Origin: Vicinamibacterales bacterium
GTDB lineage: Bacteria; Acidobacteriota; Vicinamibacteria; Vicinamibacterales; 2-12-FULL-66-21
Length of the DNA stretch: 64,000 nucleotides
Direction of reading: 5' to 3'
Assembly (NCBI GenBank): GCA_035711845.1
Contig: DASTBU010000126.1
Span: forward strand, 1,039 to 65,038
Position 1 is the stretch's first letter. Every line of letters starts with the position of its first letter. A model generated the notes under the pieces. It had not been told where the DNA came from. It was given only the letters and a program-made list of their open reading frames with translations, and ran no database searches. The position numbers and the translations under genes are program-made. Positions 37,071 through 48,348 of the stretch are shown piece after piece.

Positions 37071-38191
37071 TGCCTGTGCTCGCCATCGAAACATCGTGCG
37101 ACGAGACCGCGGCCGCCGTGCTCGCCGAGACCGGTGACCCGGCGCGGCCCTGGGCGATTCGGTCGAACATCGTGGCATCGCAGACCGCCATCCATCGGGA
37201 GTGGGGCGGCGTCGTGCCCGAGCTCGCCTCTCGACAGCACGTCCGGGATATCTGCGGCGTTGTCGAGGAGGCGCTCCTCCGCGCGGATGCCACCCTCGAT
37301 GACATCGAAGCGATTGCGGTCACTCGAGGACCAGGCCTCGTGGGTTCGCTGCTCGTCGGCGTGTCCTTCGCCAAATCGCTCGCGTGGGCCAGGGGTATTC
37401 CAATCGTCCCGGTCCACCATCTCGCCGGTCATATCGAATCGCTCGTCCTCGCGCACGGCGAGCTGCCGATGCCCGCCGCCGTCCTCGTCGTGTCGGGCGG
37501 CCACACGAGCCTCTACCTCGTCGCCGCGCCGGGCAGCTACCGTCTGATCGGGCGGACGCGCGACGATGCGGCGGGGGAGGCGTATGACAAGGTGGCCAAG
37601 CTGCTGGGACTGGGGTATCCGGGTGGTCCGGCGATCGACAGGCTGGCGCGCGAGGGGAACGACCGCGCGTTCGATTTTCCGACCGCTCGCCTCACGCATG
37701 CGGACCGTCACGATCCCCGCGCGACGAGTACCGGACTGCTGCCTCCGGAGATCGCACGGCGCACCGATTTCAGCTTCAGCGGTCTGAAGACCGCGGTGGT
37801 CCGGCTGGTGCGAGAACGAACGGGTATGGCCGAGCGCGGCCCCGCGGCGTCGGCAGACGGCGCCGGCGCCGCCCTCGACCGTCGGGAGATCGCCGACATC
37901 TGCGCGAGCTTCCAGCGCGTGGTGGTAGACGCGCTGCTCGACCGGACGTTCGAGGCGGCGCGCTGGCTGGGTGCCGCCAGCGTCGGTATTGCCGGAGGCG
38001 TGTCGGCCAACAGCCGCCTGCGTGCGGAAGCCGAAGCGCGTGGGGCGCAGGCCGGGTTGCTGGTGTTCGTGCCGCCGCTCGCGCTCTCGACCGACAACGC
38101 GGCGATGATTGGCGCGGCCGGGCTCCGCCAGCTGCGATCCGGACGAGTGGGTTCGCTGGACTTCAACGCGGAGGCATCTCTCGCGCTGTGA
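37070..38191 (+). CDS. tsaD: tRNA N6-adenosine threonylcarbamoyltransferase TsaD
   Basis: 373 aa. [44 protein letters not shown] and GGVSAN motifs. The start is TTG at 37070 or GTG at 37076. Confidence 0.9.
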   Translation: MPVLAIETSCDETAAAVLAETGDPARPWAIRSNIVASQTAIHREWGGVVPELASRQHVRDICGVVEEALLRADATLDDIEAIAVTRGPGLVGSLLVGVSFAKSLAWARGIPIVPVHHLAGHIESLVLAHGELPMPAAVLVVSGGHTSLYLVAAPGSYRLIGRTRDDAAGEAYDKVAKLLGLGYPGGPAIDRLAREGNDRAFDFPTARLTHADRHDPRATSTGLLPPEIARRTDFSFSGLKTAVVRLVRERTGMAERGPAASADGAGAALDRREIADICASFQRVVVDALLDRTFEAARWLGAASVGIAGGVSANSRLRAEAEARGAQAGLLVFVPPLALSTDNAAMIGAAGLRQLRSGRVGSLDFNAEASLAL

Positions 38192-38610
38192 CGGCATACA
38201 CCGACTATCTCTGGTTCAACACGAAGAAGCGGCAGGAGTTCATCCGCATCACGGACGAGGTCGCCGCCATCGTCAGGAAGAGCGGTGTGCAGGAGGGCAT
38301 CGTGCTGGTCTCCGCGATGCACATCACGGCCGGCGTCTACGTGAACGACTGGGAAGATGGGCTGATCGCCGATTTTCAAGAGTGGCTGGAGAAGCTCGCG
38401 CCCGCCGGTCTCCCGTATCGGCATCACCAGACCGGCGAGGACAATGCCGACGCCCACCTGAAGCGGACGATCATGGGACACCAGGTGATGCTGCCCATCA
38501 CCGAAGGCAAGCTGGACCTCGGACCCTGGGAGCAGGTCTTCTACGCGGAGTTCGATGGCCAACGCCGCAAGCGGGTCGTCGTGAAGGTGATGGGAGAGAT
38601 TGCACCGTAG
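38188..38610 (+). CDS. yjbQ: YjbQ/UPF0047 family protein (secondary thiamine-phosphate synthase-like)
   Basis: 140 aa. [23 protein letters not shown] and [16 protein letters not shown] motifs. It overlaps the tsaD stop by 4 nt. Confidence 0.85.
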   Translation: MTAYTDYLWFNTKKRQEFIRITDEVAAIVRKSGVQEGIVLVSAMHITAGVYVNDWEDGLIADFQEWLEKLAPAGLPYRHHQTGEDNADAHLKRTIMGHQVMLPITEGKLDLGPWEQVFYAEFDGQRRKRVVVKVMGEIAP

Positions 38611-38646
38611 GCCGTAGTCCGTGGTCCGTCACGGATCACGGACCGC
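38611..38646. repeat. Heptamer units (CCGTGGT / ACGGACC family) forming a hairpin
   Basis: GTCCGTGGTCCGT (38617-29) pairs with ACGGATCACGGAC (38631-43) with one mismatch. It starts directly after the yjbQ stop. Confidence 0.7.
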
Positions 38647-38673
38647 GTACACGCATATTAAAATGACCGATCG

Positions 38674-39951
38674 ATGACGCTCAAGCTGGACATGATTCAG
38701 ACGCTCGCCCTGGCGGCGATCGTTCTCTTCATGGGTTATGGCATTCGCCGCCAGGTGGCATTCCTGGATCGGTACAACATTCCCGCGCCGGTTGTCGGCG
38801 GGTTCCTGTTTGCGGCGTTCTCCCTCGTGCTACGGCTCGGCGGGATCCTGTCCTTCGAATTCGACACGACGCTGCAGTCGCCGCTGATGGTTGCGTTCTT
38901 CACGACGATCGGCCTCGGCGCGAGCCTCAGCCTCTTGAGGGTCGGCGGACCCCAGGTGCTGCTCTTCTGGGTCCTCGCCTCGATTGTCGCGGCCCTGCAG
39001 TGCGGGGTGGGTATGGCGATGGCGAGCGGTATGGGCGTCCATCCGTTTCTCGGCCTCATTGCCGGCTCCATCACGATGACGGGAGGGCACGGCACCGGAG
39101 CGGCGTTCGGCAAGCTGATGGAAACCGACTACGGCTTCTCTGCGGCCGTGACGCTGGCCATGGCGGCGGCGACGTTTGGTCTGGTCAGCGGCGGCCTGAT
39201 TGGCGGTCCCGTGGCGACGGCGCTGATCAAGCGGCACAAGCCGGCGCGAACCTCCCAGGACGTGCCTCGGGAAGCCGCGGCAGCCGCAGCCCAGCTCGAT
39301 CCCCTCGATGAAGAGATTGACGTCGAGCCGGAAGGCGCGCCTCCAACCTCCTACACGCTGCTCAAAGTAATCACGATCGTGCTGATCGCGATGTGGGCGG
39401 GAGGGCTGCTGGGCGGCTGGATGCAGACCCAGCGAATTCCGCGGTTCTCGCCCTTCGGGTATACCTTGGGTGGCTCCGCGATAACGCTTCCGGCATACAT
39501 TGGCGCGATGATCGTCGCCGCCATCATCCGCAACGGCGCCGAGGTGACGCGTCTGCTCAAGATCGAGCAGCGGGTCGTGGACGATCTTGGGACGATTGCG
39601 CTCTCGCTGTTCCTGGCGATGGCCCTCATGTCGCTGCGCCTGTGGGAGCTGCTCGATCTGGCGGTTCCGATGCTCGCGATTCTCTCCGTGCAGGTCGCGA
39701 TGATGGCGGCCTTCGCCTACTTCATCACGTTCAGAGTCATGGGCCGCGATTATGACGCGGCCGTCATGGCCGGAGGGCACTGCGGCTTCGGCCTCGGGGC
39801 CACGCCGAACGCCGTTGCCAACATGGAAGCGCTCGTCGAGCGCTTCGGCGCGGCCCCGCGCGCGTTCCTCGTGGTGCCGATGGTGGGCGCGTTCTTCATC
39901 GATTTCACCAACGCCCTCATCATCACCACTTTCATCAACTGGGTGCATTGA
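38674..39951 (+). CDS. gltS: Sodium/glutamate symporter GltS
   Basis: 425-aa polytopic protein. The N-terminus LDMIQTLALAAIVLFMGYGIRRQVAFLDRYNIPAPVVGG is typical of GltS. Confidence 0.85.
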   Translation: MTLKLDMIQTLALAAIVLFMGYGIRRQVAFLDRYNIPAPVVGGFLFAAFSLVLRLGGILSFEFDTTLQSPLMVAFFTTIGLGASLSLLRVGGPQVLLFWVLASIVAALQCGVGMAMASGMGVHPFLGLIAGSITMTGGHGTGAAFGKLMETDYGFSAAVTLAMAAATFGLVSGGLIGGPVATALIKRHKPARTSQDVPREAAAAAAQLDPLDEEIDVEPEGAPPTSYTLLKVITIVLIAMWAGGLLGGWMQTQRIPRFSPFGYTLGGSAITLPAYIGAMIVAAIIRNGAEVTRLLKIEQRVVDDLGTIALSLFLAMALMSLRLWELLDLAVPMLAILSVQVAMMAAFAYFITFRVMGRDYDAAVMAGGHCGFGLGATPNAVANMEALVERFGAAPRAFLVVPMVGAFFIDFTNALIITTFINWVH

Positions 39952-39952
39952 C

Positions 39953-40522
39953 GTGCCACTGTCCAGAGAGCGGGCGCTCGCCCTGATGACCGAGTACACC
40001 AGGAGCGACAGCTTACGGAAGCACATGCTCGCCGTCGAGGCGGCCGTGCGCGGGTATGCGCTCATGTGGGGCGAGAACGCCGACGACTGGGGCGCCGTGG
40101 CTCTGCTCCATGATTTCGACTACGAGCGCTGGCCCGACCAGCAGAACCATCCGTTCCGCGGCGTCGAGATCCTCGAGGCGCAGGGCTATCCCGAGTGGGT
40201 CACGCGCGCGATCCTGTCCCACGCGGAGTATTCGGGGGTGGCGCGCGAATCGCGCCTGGAGCACACGCTCTACGCGTGCGACGAGATGTCGGGCTTCGTG
40301 ACCGCCGCGGCGCTCGTCAGGCCGTCGAAGAGCGTGCTGGACCTCGAGGCCTCGTCCGTGATCAAGCGGATGAAAGACAAAGCCTTCGCCCGCGCCGTCA
40401 ACCGCGAGGACTTGCGCAGGGGAGCGGAAGAGATCGGCCTCCCGCTCGACGAGCACATCACCAACGTCATTCGCTTCATGCGCGAACAGGCCGACGCGCT
40501 GGGCCTGCGGGGGAATCTCTAG
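39953..40522 (+). CDS. HD/HDIG-domain metal-dependent phosphohydrolase
   Basis: GTG at 39953. LRKHMLAVE ... LLHDFDYE gives the H...HD signature. About 189 aa. Confidence 0.7.
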   Translation: MPLSRERALALMTEYTRSDSLRKHMLAVEAAVRGYALMWGENADDWGAVALLHDFDYERWPDQQNHPFRGVEILEAQGYPEWVTRAILSHAEYSGVARESRLEHTLYACDEMSGFVTAAALVRPSKSVLDLEASSVIKRMKDKAFARAVNREDLRRGAEEIGLPLDEHITNVIRFMREQADALGLRGNL

Positions 40523-40659
40523 AACAAGGGGATCATGGGGATCACGGGGTTCAGAGTCCAAGGTTCAAGGTTCGAGTTCACTGGGGCCTCGATGCGTTCA
40601 ACCCATGAACCCCAGAACCTTGAACCCTGAACCCCTTGAACCCCTGAACCGAGCAACCC
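40523..40659. repeat. Inverted heptamer arrays (GGTTCAA-type, then TTGAACC/CTGAACC-type)
   Basis: Left arm 40523-40585 (GGGGATC ACGGGGT TCAGAGT CCAAGGT TCAAGGT TCGAGTT). Right arm 40596-40659 (CCATGAA CCCCAGA ACCTTGA ACCCTGA ACCCCTTGAACCCCTGAACC). It starts directly after the stop codon. Confidence 0.85.
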
Positions 40660-40678
40660 GTATAAGCTAGAACACACC

Positions 40679-41665
40679 TTGGACACCGTGCATGTCATCG
40701 CAACCAGAGAACCACCGGCGGGGGGCGCTGCCGCCGCGCCTGTGGTGCAGCTCGACGGCGTGACCGTCGTCTACGGCAAGAACCGCGCGCTCAACGGCGT
40801 GACCGCCCGGTTCGCGCCGGGCGCCGTGGGGCTGCTCGGACCAAACGGCGCGGGCAAGAGCACGATGCTCAAGGCCCTGCTCGGCTTCATCAAGCCCGAC
40901 CAAGGACGCATGTCGGTGCTCGGGTTGGACGTCGCCCACCAGCCGATGGAGATTCGCGCGCGCATCGGCTACATGCCGGAGAGCGACGCGCAGATCCCCG
41001 GCATGAACGCCGTTTCCTTCGTGGGCTACTGCGGCCAGTTGGCCGGCCTGCCAGCCGTGGACGCGATGCAGCGCGCGCACGAAGTCCTCTATTACGTCGG
41101 GCTCGGCGAGGCGCGCTATCGAAACCTCGAGACGTACTCGACCGGCATGAAGCAGCGGATCAAACTCGCGCAGGCGCTGGTACACGATCCGGATCTCCTG
41201 TTCCTCGACGAACCGACCAACGGCATGGATCCGAAAGGCCGCGACGAGATGCTGGAGCTCATCCGCGATCTCGGTCACAACAAGAACGTGAACCTGATTC
41301 TCTCGTCACACCTGCTTCCCGATGTCGAGTACACCTGCGACCACGTGGTGGTGATGGACAAGGGGCAGGTTGCCGCGCAAGGGCCGATCGCCGAGCTCAA
41401 GGGGCCCGCCGGTCGCGTGTTCGAGGTGAGGATCAAAGGGGATCTTCCCGCCTTCATCGACGTGCTCGCCGCGGCGGGCATGGAGTGCCACGCCACCGAC
41501 GACGACGTGATGCGCGTGTTCGTGCCGGCCGCGGCGGTTGCCGGGGACAAGGACCAGACGGCCATTTTTGCGCTCGCCGCCAGGCATGGCGCGCAGGTCC
41601 GTCACCTGCGGCCCAGCATTCCCACGCTCGAGGACGTGTTCGCAAAGGCGGTCGGAGAAAAATAG
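40679..41665 (+). CDS. ABC transporter ATP-binding protein (first of two)
   Basis: Walker A GPNGAGKST, signature YSTGMKQR, Walker B LLFLDEPTNGMD. The start is TTG at 40679 or GTG at 40688. Confidence 0.85.
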   Translation: MDTVHVIATREPPAGGAAAAPVVQLDGVTVVYGKNRALNGVTARFAPGAVGLLGPNGAGKSTMLKALLGFIKPDQGRMSVLGLDVAHQPMEIRARIGYMPESDAQIPGMNAVSFVGYCGQLAGLPAVDAMQRAHEVLYYVGLGEARYRNLETYSTGMKQRIKLAQALVHDPDLLFLDEPTNGMDPKGRDEMLELIRDLGHNKNVNLILSSHLLPDVEYTCDHVVVMDKGQVAAQGPIAELKGPAGRVFEVRIKGDLPAFIDVLAAAGMECHATDDDVMRVFVPAAAVAGDKDQTAIFALAARHGAQVRHLRPSIPTLEDVFAKAVGEK

Positions 41666-41691
41666 GGCCGGACTTCAGACCTCATCGACAG

Positions 41692-42531
41692 ATGCCCATC
41701 CACGATCAAAGCTATCGCCGGTACCGCGGCGGGAGGGCCAGCCCGGGCCGGGCGTGGACCGTCATCGCGTGGGCGGGGATCATGAACATGCTCCGCAAGC
41801 GCGCGTTCATGGGCGTGCTGATCTTCGCCTGGCTGCCCTTCGTCATCCGGGCGGTGCAGATTTACGTGTCCACCAATTTCGCCCAGGCCAGCATGTTCGC
41901 GCCCAGCGCGCAGACGTTCCGGCAGTTCCTCGAGCAGCAGGACTTCTTCGTGTTCGTCGTGACGATCTACGTCGGCGCCGGGCTGATTGCCAACGATCGG
42001 CGCGCGAACGCGCTCCAGATTTACCTCTCGAAGCCGCTCCTGCGCTCGGAGTACATCGCCGGCAAGGCAGCCGTGCTCTTCGTGTTCCTGTCCTTCGTCA
42101 CGTGGGTGCCCGCGCTTCTGCTGCTGCTCCTGCAGGTGCTCTTCGCGGGGAACTTCACGTTCCTGAAGAACAACCTGTTCCTGTTCCCGGCCATCACCGT
42201 TGCCGGGCTGCTGCAGGTGCTCGTGGCCACCTTCACGATCCTCGCGCTGTCCTCCCTCTCCAAGAGCGCGCGATACGTGGGGATCCTGTACGCCGGTGCG
42301 ATCTTCTTCACCGCTGCCGTCTACGGGGTGATGTACGCCATCACCGGCAACTCGTCGTTGTCGTGGCTCTCGCTCGGCTCGAGCCTGGCGCAGGTGATGG
42401 ATGTGATCTTCCGCATCACGCCGCGCTACACCACGCCGTGGCTGGTCTCGTTGACGGTCCTCGTCGGGCTGGTTGTCCTGTCGATCTCGGTGCTCGAGCG
42501 GCGCGTGCGCGGCGTGGAGGTGGTCACGTGA
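41692..42531 (+). CDS. ABC-2-like transporter permease
   Basis: ATG at 41692 (MPIHDQSYRRYRG). About 6 TM helices. Its stop overlaps the next ATPase gene. Confidence 0.6.
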   Translation: MPIHDQSYRRYRGGRASPGRAWTVIAWAGIMNMLRKRAFMGVLIFAWLPFVIRAVQIYVSTNFAQASMFAPSAQTFRQFLEQQDFFVFVVTIYVGAGLIANDRRANALQIYLSKPLLRSEYIAGKAAVLFVFLSFVTWVPALLLLLLQVLFAGNFTFLKNNLFLFPAITVAGLLQVLVATFTILALSSLSKSARYVGILYAGAIFFTAAVYGVMYAITGNSSLSWLSLGSSLAQVMDVIFRITPRYTTPWLVSLTVLVGLVVLSISVLERRVRGVEVVT

Positions 42532-43451
42532 GCGCGCCCCTCGTTTCGGCCGATCACGTCTCGAAGTGGTACGGGCAGGTCATCGGGCTCAACGACGTCA
42601 GCGTGATGGTCCCCTCTGGCATCACCGGTCTGCTCGGGCCGAATGGGGCGGGCAAGTCCACGTTCATGAAGCTGATCACCGGTCAGCTCAAGCCCAGCAA
42701 AGGCTCCGTTCACGTGCTGGGCGAGCCCATCTGGAGGAATCCGCACCTGTTCTTCCAGATCGGATTCTGTCCCGAGCAGGATGCCTTCTATGACCGGATG
42801 ACGGGCCTGGAGTGGGTGAAGGCCCTGGTGCGCCTGAATGGCCTCGGCGACACGGAGTCCGCCGACGCCGCCCGCCGCGCGCTCACCGCCGTCGATCTCA
42901 TGGATGCGGCCGACAAGAAAATCGGCGCCTACAGCAAGGGGATGCGTCAGCGCGTCAAGCTGGCCCAGGCGATCGTCCACGACCCGGCGCTCCTCATCCT
43001 GGACGAGCCGCTCTCGGGCATGGACCCGCTCGCGAGGCGCCGCTCCATCCGCCTGATCCGGGAGTGGGCCCGCGCCGGGAAGAGCATCATCGTCTCGAGC
43101 CATATCCTCCACGAGATCGAGTCGATGACCAACAACATCCTGCTCATCAACAACGGACGGATTCTGGCTGAAGGCGACGTCCACCACATCCGCGATCTGA
43201 TCGACGAGCATCCCCACACCGTATACGTCAGGGCCGACGATCCGCGGCGCCTGGCGCGTGAGTTCCTGGCCAGAGACGATGTGATGAGCCTGAAGTTCGA
43301 GCCGGGAGCCGTGGTGGTCCAGACGGGGAAGCCGGATGCGTTCTACGCGCGGCTGACGGAAATGGCCGCGAGCGGCGAGTTCGGAACGATTGACGAAGTC
43401 ACGTCGCCCGACGACAACCTGCAGGCTGTTTTCCAGTATCTGGTCAAATGA
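42528..43451 (+). CDS. ABC transporter ATP-binding protein (second)
   Basis: GTG at 42528 (GTGA overlap). Walker A GPNGAGKST, signature YSKGMRQR, Walker B LLILDEPLSGMD. Confidence 0.85.
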   Translation: MSAPLVSADHVSKWYGQVIGLNDVSVMVPSGITGLLGPNGAGKSTFMKLITGQLKPSKGSVHVLGEPIWRNPHLFFQIGFCPEQDAFYDRMTGLEWVKALVRLNGLGDTESADAARRALTAVDLMDAADKKIGAYSKGMRQRVKLAQAIVHDPALLILDEPLSGMDPLARRRSIRLIREWARAGKSIIVSSHILHEIESMTNNILLINNGRILAEGDVHHIRDLIDEHPHTVYVRADDPRRLAREFLARDDVMSLKFEPGAVVVQTGKPDAFYARLTEMAASGEFGTIDEVTSPDDNLQAVFQYLVK

Positions 43452-44320
43452 ACCACGTGGAGAAGGGGGCGCTCCCCCCGGCACCCGGCTTCCTGGCCTC
43501 GAGCCTGCGCATCTTCGATCTGTCGGTGGGGGAGATGCTCTGGTCGCGGCGCACCGTCTTCATGGCGCTCGTCGTCGGCGCGCCCGTGCTGATCGCGGTG
43601 TTCCTGCGCCTGCTCGTCGGCCTTGGCGCCCCGCTGTTCGAGAGCCAGGAAACACGCGACGGGGTCACGACCACGGTCCGCATGACCGGACCGGCGATCT
43701 TCGGCCTGATGATCTGGATCTTCTACCTGCGCTTCACGGTCCCCGTGCTGGGCGTGTTCTACGGCACCTCGCTGATGGCCGACGAGGTGGAGGACAAGAC
43801 GATCACCTACCTCTTCACGCGACCCATTCCGCGCGGCGCCGTGCTGGTGGGCAAGTATCTGGCCTATCTGGCCTGCACCATCTTCGTGGTCCTGCCCTCG
43901 ATCGTGATCGTCTACCTCCTCGTGGTTCCCATCCGCGGCAGCCTCGGCGGATCGTTCGTGGATCTGCTCAAGGACCTCGCGCTGCTCGCGATCGGGCTGG
44001 CGGTGTACGGGGCCCTCTTTGCGTTCGTCGGTGCAAGGTTCAAGCGCCCGCTGCTCGTGGGGCTCATCTTCATTTTCGGGTGGGAACAGGCCGCGCTCGC
44101 GTTTCCCGGGTACCTCAAGCGTTTCACGATCGCCTACTACCTTCAGGGTCTCGTTCCACATGCGATGCCCGGCAACAGCATCATCAGCCTGGTCCAGGGG
44201 ATTTTTCAGGAGAGCCCCAGTCTCGGGACGAGCCTTTTCTGGCTGATCGCGATTTGGGCGGTCTTCCTGTTCTGGGGCGCCCGGCTGGTCGCTCGCAAGG
44301 AATACGTGCTCGAACAATGA
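43448..44320 (+). CDS. ABC-2 type transporter permease
   Basis: 290 aa, 6 predicted TM helices, 4-nt overlap with the upstream ATPase gene. Confidence 0.65.
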   Translation: MNHVEKGALPPAPGFLASSLRIFDLSVGEMLWSRRTVFMALVVGAPVLIAVFLRLLVGLGAPLFESQETRDGVTTTVRMTGPAIFGLMIWIFYLRFTVPVLGVFYGTSLMADEVEDKTITYLFTRPIPRGAVLVGKYLAYLACTIFVVLPSIVIVYLLVVPIRGSLGGSFVDLLKDLALLAIGLAVYGALFAFVGARFKRPLLVGLIFIFGWEQAALAFPGYLKRFTIAYYLQGLVPHAMPGNSIISLVQGIFQESPSLGTSLFWLIAIWAVFLFWGARLVARKEYVLEQ

Positions 44321-44523
44321 CAGGGTATCTGGTCCCTGGTCCCTGGTCCCTCGGTCCTGGGTCCCTGGGGCCGGGTCCCTGGTCCTTCGTCCCTCGGTCC
44401 TGGTCCGTGGGTCCGGGTCCCTGGACGCTGGGTCTCTGGACGGAGGGACTCTGAACGGACGGACCAAGGATCAGGGACCCGGACCGAGGGACCCAGGACC
44501 GAGGGACGAAGGGACCAGGGACC
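44321..44523. repeat. Large inverted heptamer array: ~16 x GGTCCCT-type, then ~10 x AGGGACC-type
   Basis: Units read at 44331, 44338, 44345, 44374, 44416 and so on. The right arm is 44443-44523 (GGACCAA GGATCAG GGACCCG GACCGAG GGACCCA ...). It starts directly after the stop codon. Confidence 0.9.
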
Positions 44524-44612
44524 TAAAGGCGTTCGGATCCGGACAGTTGCGACAATTGGAGTGGAACTTTTTACCCCATGGATCTGTATAATCCAAACAG
44601 AGGGTCACGCGA

Positions 44613-45572
44613 ATGACGAAGAGAACCCGTGTATTCATGGCAGGGTCGGCCGTGGTCATGGCTGTGGGGCTTTGCACGGGTCTGATTGCGTATTACAGCG
44701 GGGGCTTCCTGGCGCTGAACGCTTCCAGCGGACCGGAAGAGATGGCCTATGTGCCGGCTGACGCGACCGTAGTGGCATTTGCCGACGTTCGCGCGATCAT
44801 GGGTTCCGAGCTGCGCGCGCGGCTGAAAGAAGCGATGCCGGGGCAGCAGACGGGTCAGCGGGAGTTCCAGGAGAAAACGGGAATCGACATCGAGCGCGAC
44901 ATCGATTACGTCGTCGCTTCGATGACGGACTTCTCAGGAGGTCACCCCAACGGCCTCGTCGTCGCCCGGGGCCGGTTCGATGTGGTCCGGCTCGAGGGTC
45001 TTGCCCGGGAGCACGGCGGCACCCTCGAGGATTACAGGGGCAAGCGGCTCGTCAGCTCACCGCACAGCACGGAACAGTTCACGATGGCGTTCCTCGAGCC
45101 CGGCCTCGTGGCTGTCGGCGGCTCGAGCGCCGTGAAGCACGCCATCGACGCGCAAATGTCGGCCCAGAGCGTCACCGGCAACGCCGAGATGATGGACCTG
45201 GTGAAGGACATCGCCGCCACCAACAACGCCTGGGCCGTGGGCCGTTTCGACGTCCTCGCCAGCCAGGCGAACTTTCCCGAACAAGTCGCTCGACAGATTC
45301 CCCCGGTTCAGTGGTTCGCGGCCGCAGGCAAGATCAACGGCGGCGTGACCGGCCTGTTGCGCGCCGAGGCGCGCGATGATCTGTCCGCGCAGCGGTTGCG
45401 CGACGTCGTGCGCGGATTCCTCGCCCTCGCGCAGATGCAGGGGCAGAACGACCCGAAGCTCGCGGCGTTCGCGCAGTCGCTCCAGCTCTCCGGCGACGGG
45501 AAGACCGTGGCGCTCTCGTTCGCGGTTCCGGCCGAGATACTGCAGCTGATACCGAAGGCGCAGGTCCAGTAA
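44613..45572 (+). CDS. Membrane-anchored hypothetical protein
   Basis: 319 aa with N-terminal TM helix VFMAGSAVVMAVGLCTGLIAYY. I recognise no family. A clean intrinsic terminator follows. Confidence 0.6.
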   Translation: MTKRTRVFMAGSAVVMAVGLCTGLIAYYSGGFLALNASSGPEEMAYVPADATVVAFADVRAIMGSELRARLKEAMPGQQTGQREFQEKTGIDIERDIDYVVASMTDFSGGHPNGLVVARGRFDVVRLEGLAREHGGTLEDYRGKRLVSSPHSTEQFTMAFLEPGLVAVGGSSAVKHAIDAQMSAQSVTGNAEMMDLVKDIAATNNAWAVGRFDVLASQANFPEQVARQIPPVQWFAAAGKINGGVTGLLRAEARDDLSAQRLRDVVRGFLALAQMQGQNDPKLAAFAQSLQLSGDGKTVALSFAVPAEILQLIPKAQVQ

Positions 45573-45593
45573 CTCCTCTCGCTCCTCCTCCAA

Positions 45594-45619
45594 GGCCGGC
45601 ACGATGCCGGCCTTTTTTT
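45594..45619 (+). terminator. Rho-independent terminator
   Basis: GGCCGGC-ACGAT-GCCGGCC followed by TTTTTTT. Confidence 0.8.
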
Positions 45620-45678
45620 GTCTGACCTCGATCGCCCCCTCCGTCTTGCGCGCCCCGCCTGCGAGGTATACCCTCTCG

Positions 45679-46086
45679 ATGACCGTGGCCAAACTCGTGT
45701 TCTTCTACGGAACGTTGATGGCAGGCTTCGACCGCCGTCGGCGCGCCGGCATCGACGACAAGCTCACCTACGTGGGCCGCGGCTCCATACGCGCTGCGCT
45801 GTTCGACCTCGGCATCTACCCGGCGGCGATTCCAGCTCCGGAAGAGATTGTCTGGGGTGAGGTCTACGAGATGTCGGACCCCGAGACCGTCCTCCAGGCG
45901 CTCGACGACATCGAAGGGTTCCGGCCCGACGATCCGGACAAGAGCCTGTATTCCCGCGAGGAGACCGACGTCCGGCTTCCGGATGGATCGATGGCGCGTG
46001 CGTGGGTCTATTTCTACAACGCTCCGCTCGGCCAGGCCCCGCCGATCCCGTCAGGTGATTACCTCGAGCACGTCAAGGTGAGGTAG
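45679..46086 (+). CDS. Gamma-glutamylcyclotransferase (GGCT/AIG2-like) family protein
   Basis: ATG at 45679. LVFFYGTLM (YGTL motif), GEVYEM and ALDDIEGF. Confidence 0.75.
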   Translation: MTVAKLVFFYGTLMAGFDRRRRAGIDDKLTYVGRGSIRAALFDLGIYPAAIPAPEEIVWGEVYEMSDPETVLQALDDIEGFRPDDPDKSLYSREETDVRLPDGSMARAWVYFYNAPLGQAPPIPSGDYLEHVKVR

Positions 46087-46131
46087 GGCGCCGCTACAGG
46101 GCACGGCCGACGGCCCCGATAAATACGGGCG

Positions 46132-46530
46132 GTGAACGACGAATCCGACCGGCGTTCCAGGGATCGGATCCCCGCCTACGGTCAGCTGCAGGGTGAGGTC
46201 ATGGTATTCCAACCCATGACGATCCTGAACATCAGCTACCAGGGGGTGCAGATCGAAACGCCGTTCCCTCTGCAACTCGATTCCCTGCACCAGTTCAGGC
46301 TGTCGCTCGGCGACCTTGCCGTCGTCGTGCGCGGTCGGATTGCGAACTGCCGGGTCAGCGAGGTCGTCGACGAGGCAGCGTCGTACCGTTCAGGCGTCGA
46401 GTTCGTCGAGCCGTCGGAGCACGTGGTGATAGGCCTGGCATCGTTCGTCGAGGCGCTCAGGGAAGCTCCGGCGCGCGCCGGGGCGGGCGTCGTCGACGGC
46501 GAGGTCATCGAAGAAGACACGCATAGCTAA
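46132..46530 (+). CDS. PilZ-domain protein (candidate c-di-GMP receptor)
   Basis: RRSRDR (the RxxxR motif) followed by NISYQG (the D/NxSxxG motif). 132 aa. Confidence 0.75.
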   Translation: MNDESDRRSRDRIPAYGQLQGEVMVFQPMTILNISYQGVQIETPFPLQLDSLHQFRLSLGDLAVVVRGRIANCRVSEVVDEAASYRSGVEFVEPSEHVVIGLASFVEALREAPARAGAGVVDGEVIEEDTHS

Positions 46531-46698
46531 CGGTCCCTGGGTCCCTGGTCCCCTGGTCCTTGGTCCCTCGGTCCTTGTCCCTGGTCCTCGGTCCCTCTGT
46601 CCTTGGCCCCTCAGGCCTGGGGCCCAGGACCCTTGGACCGAGTACCAGCGACCCGGACTTATGGACCCAGGACCAGGGACCAAGGGACCCAGGGACCG
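46531..46698. repeat. Large inverted heptamer array, same GGTCCCT / AGGGACC family as 44321-44523
   Basis: Left arm 46531-46608 (CGGTCCCT GGGTCCCT GGTCCCCT GGTCCTT GGTCCCT CGGTCCTT ...). Tip is GGCCCCTCAGGCCTGGGGCC. Right arm 46621-46698 (GGACCCTTGGACCGAG ... GGACCCAGGACCAGGGACCAAGGGACCCAGGGACC). Confidence 0.9.
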
Positions 46699-46704
46699 TA
46701 TAAT
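46699..46704 (+). promoter_or_regulatory. -10 box TATAAT, 8 nt upstream of the aldehyde dehydrogenase ATG (possible leaderless transcript)
   Basis: TATAAT-CAGATGCT-ATG read directly. No SD sequence. Confidence 0.35.
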
Positions 46705-46712
46705 CAGATGCT

Positions 46713-48221
<1,509 letters not shown>

Positions 48222-48348
48222 TCGCCGCGGGAACCGGCGCAGCTTCCGACGGCTCGGCGACGTTCGCCGGCCGTTGCCGGACCCTTGCGCAGAATCAAGA
48301 CCTGACCCCGTCCCCGGCCTCCAGACGCTGCGCTATCATTGACAGGTT

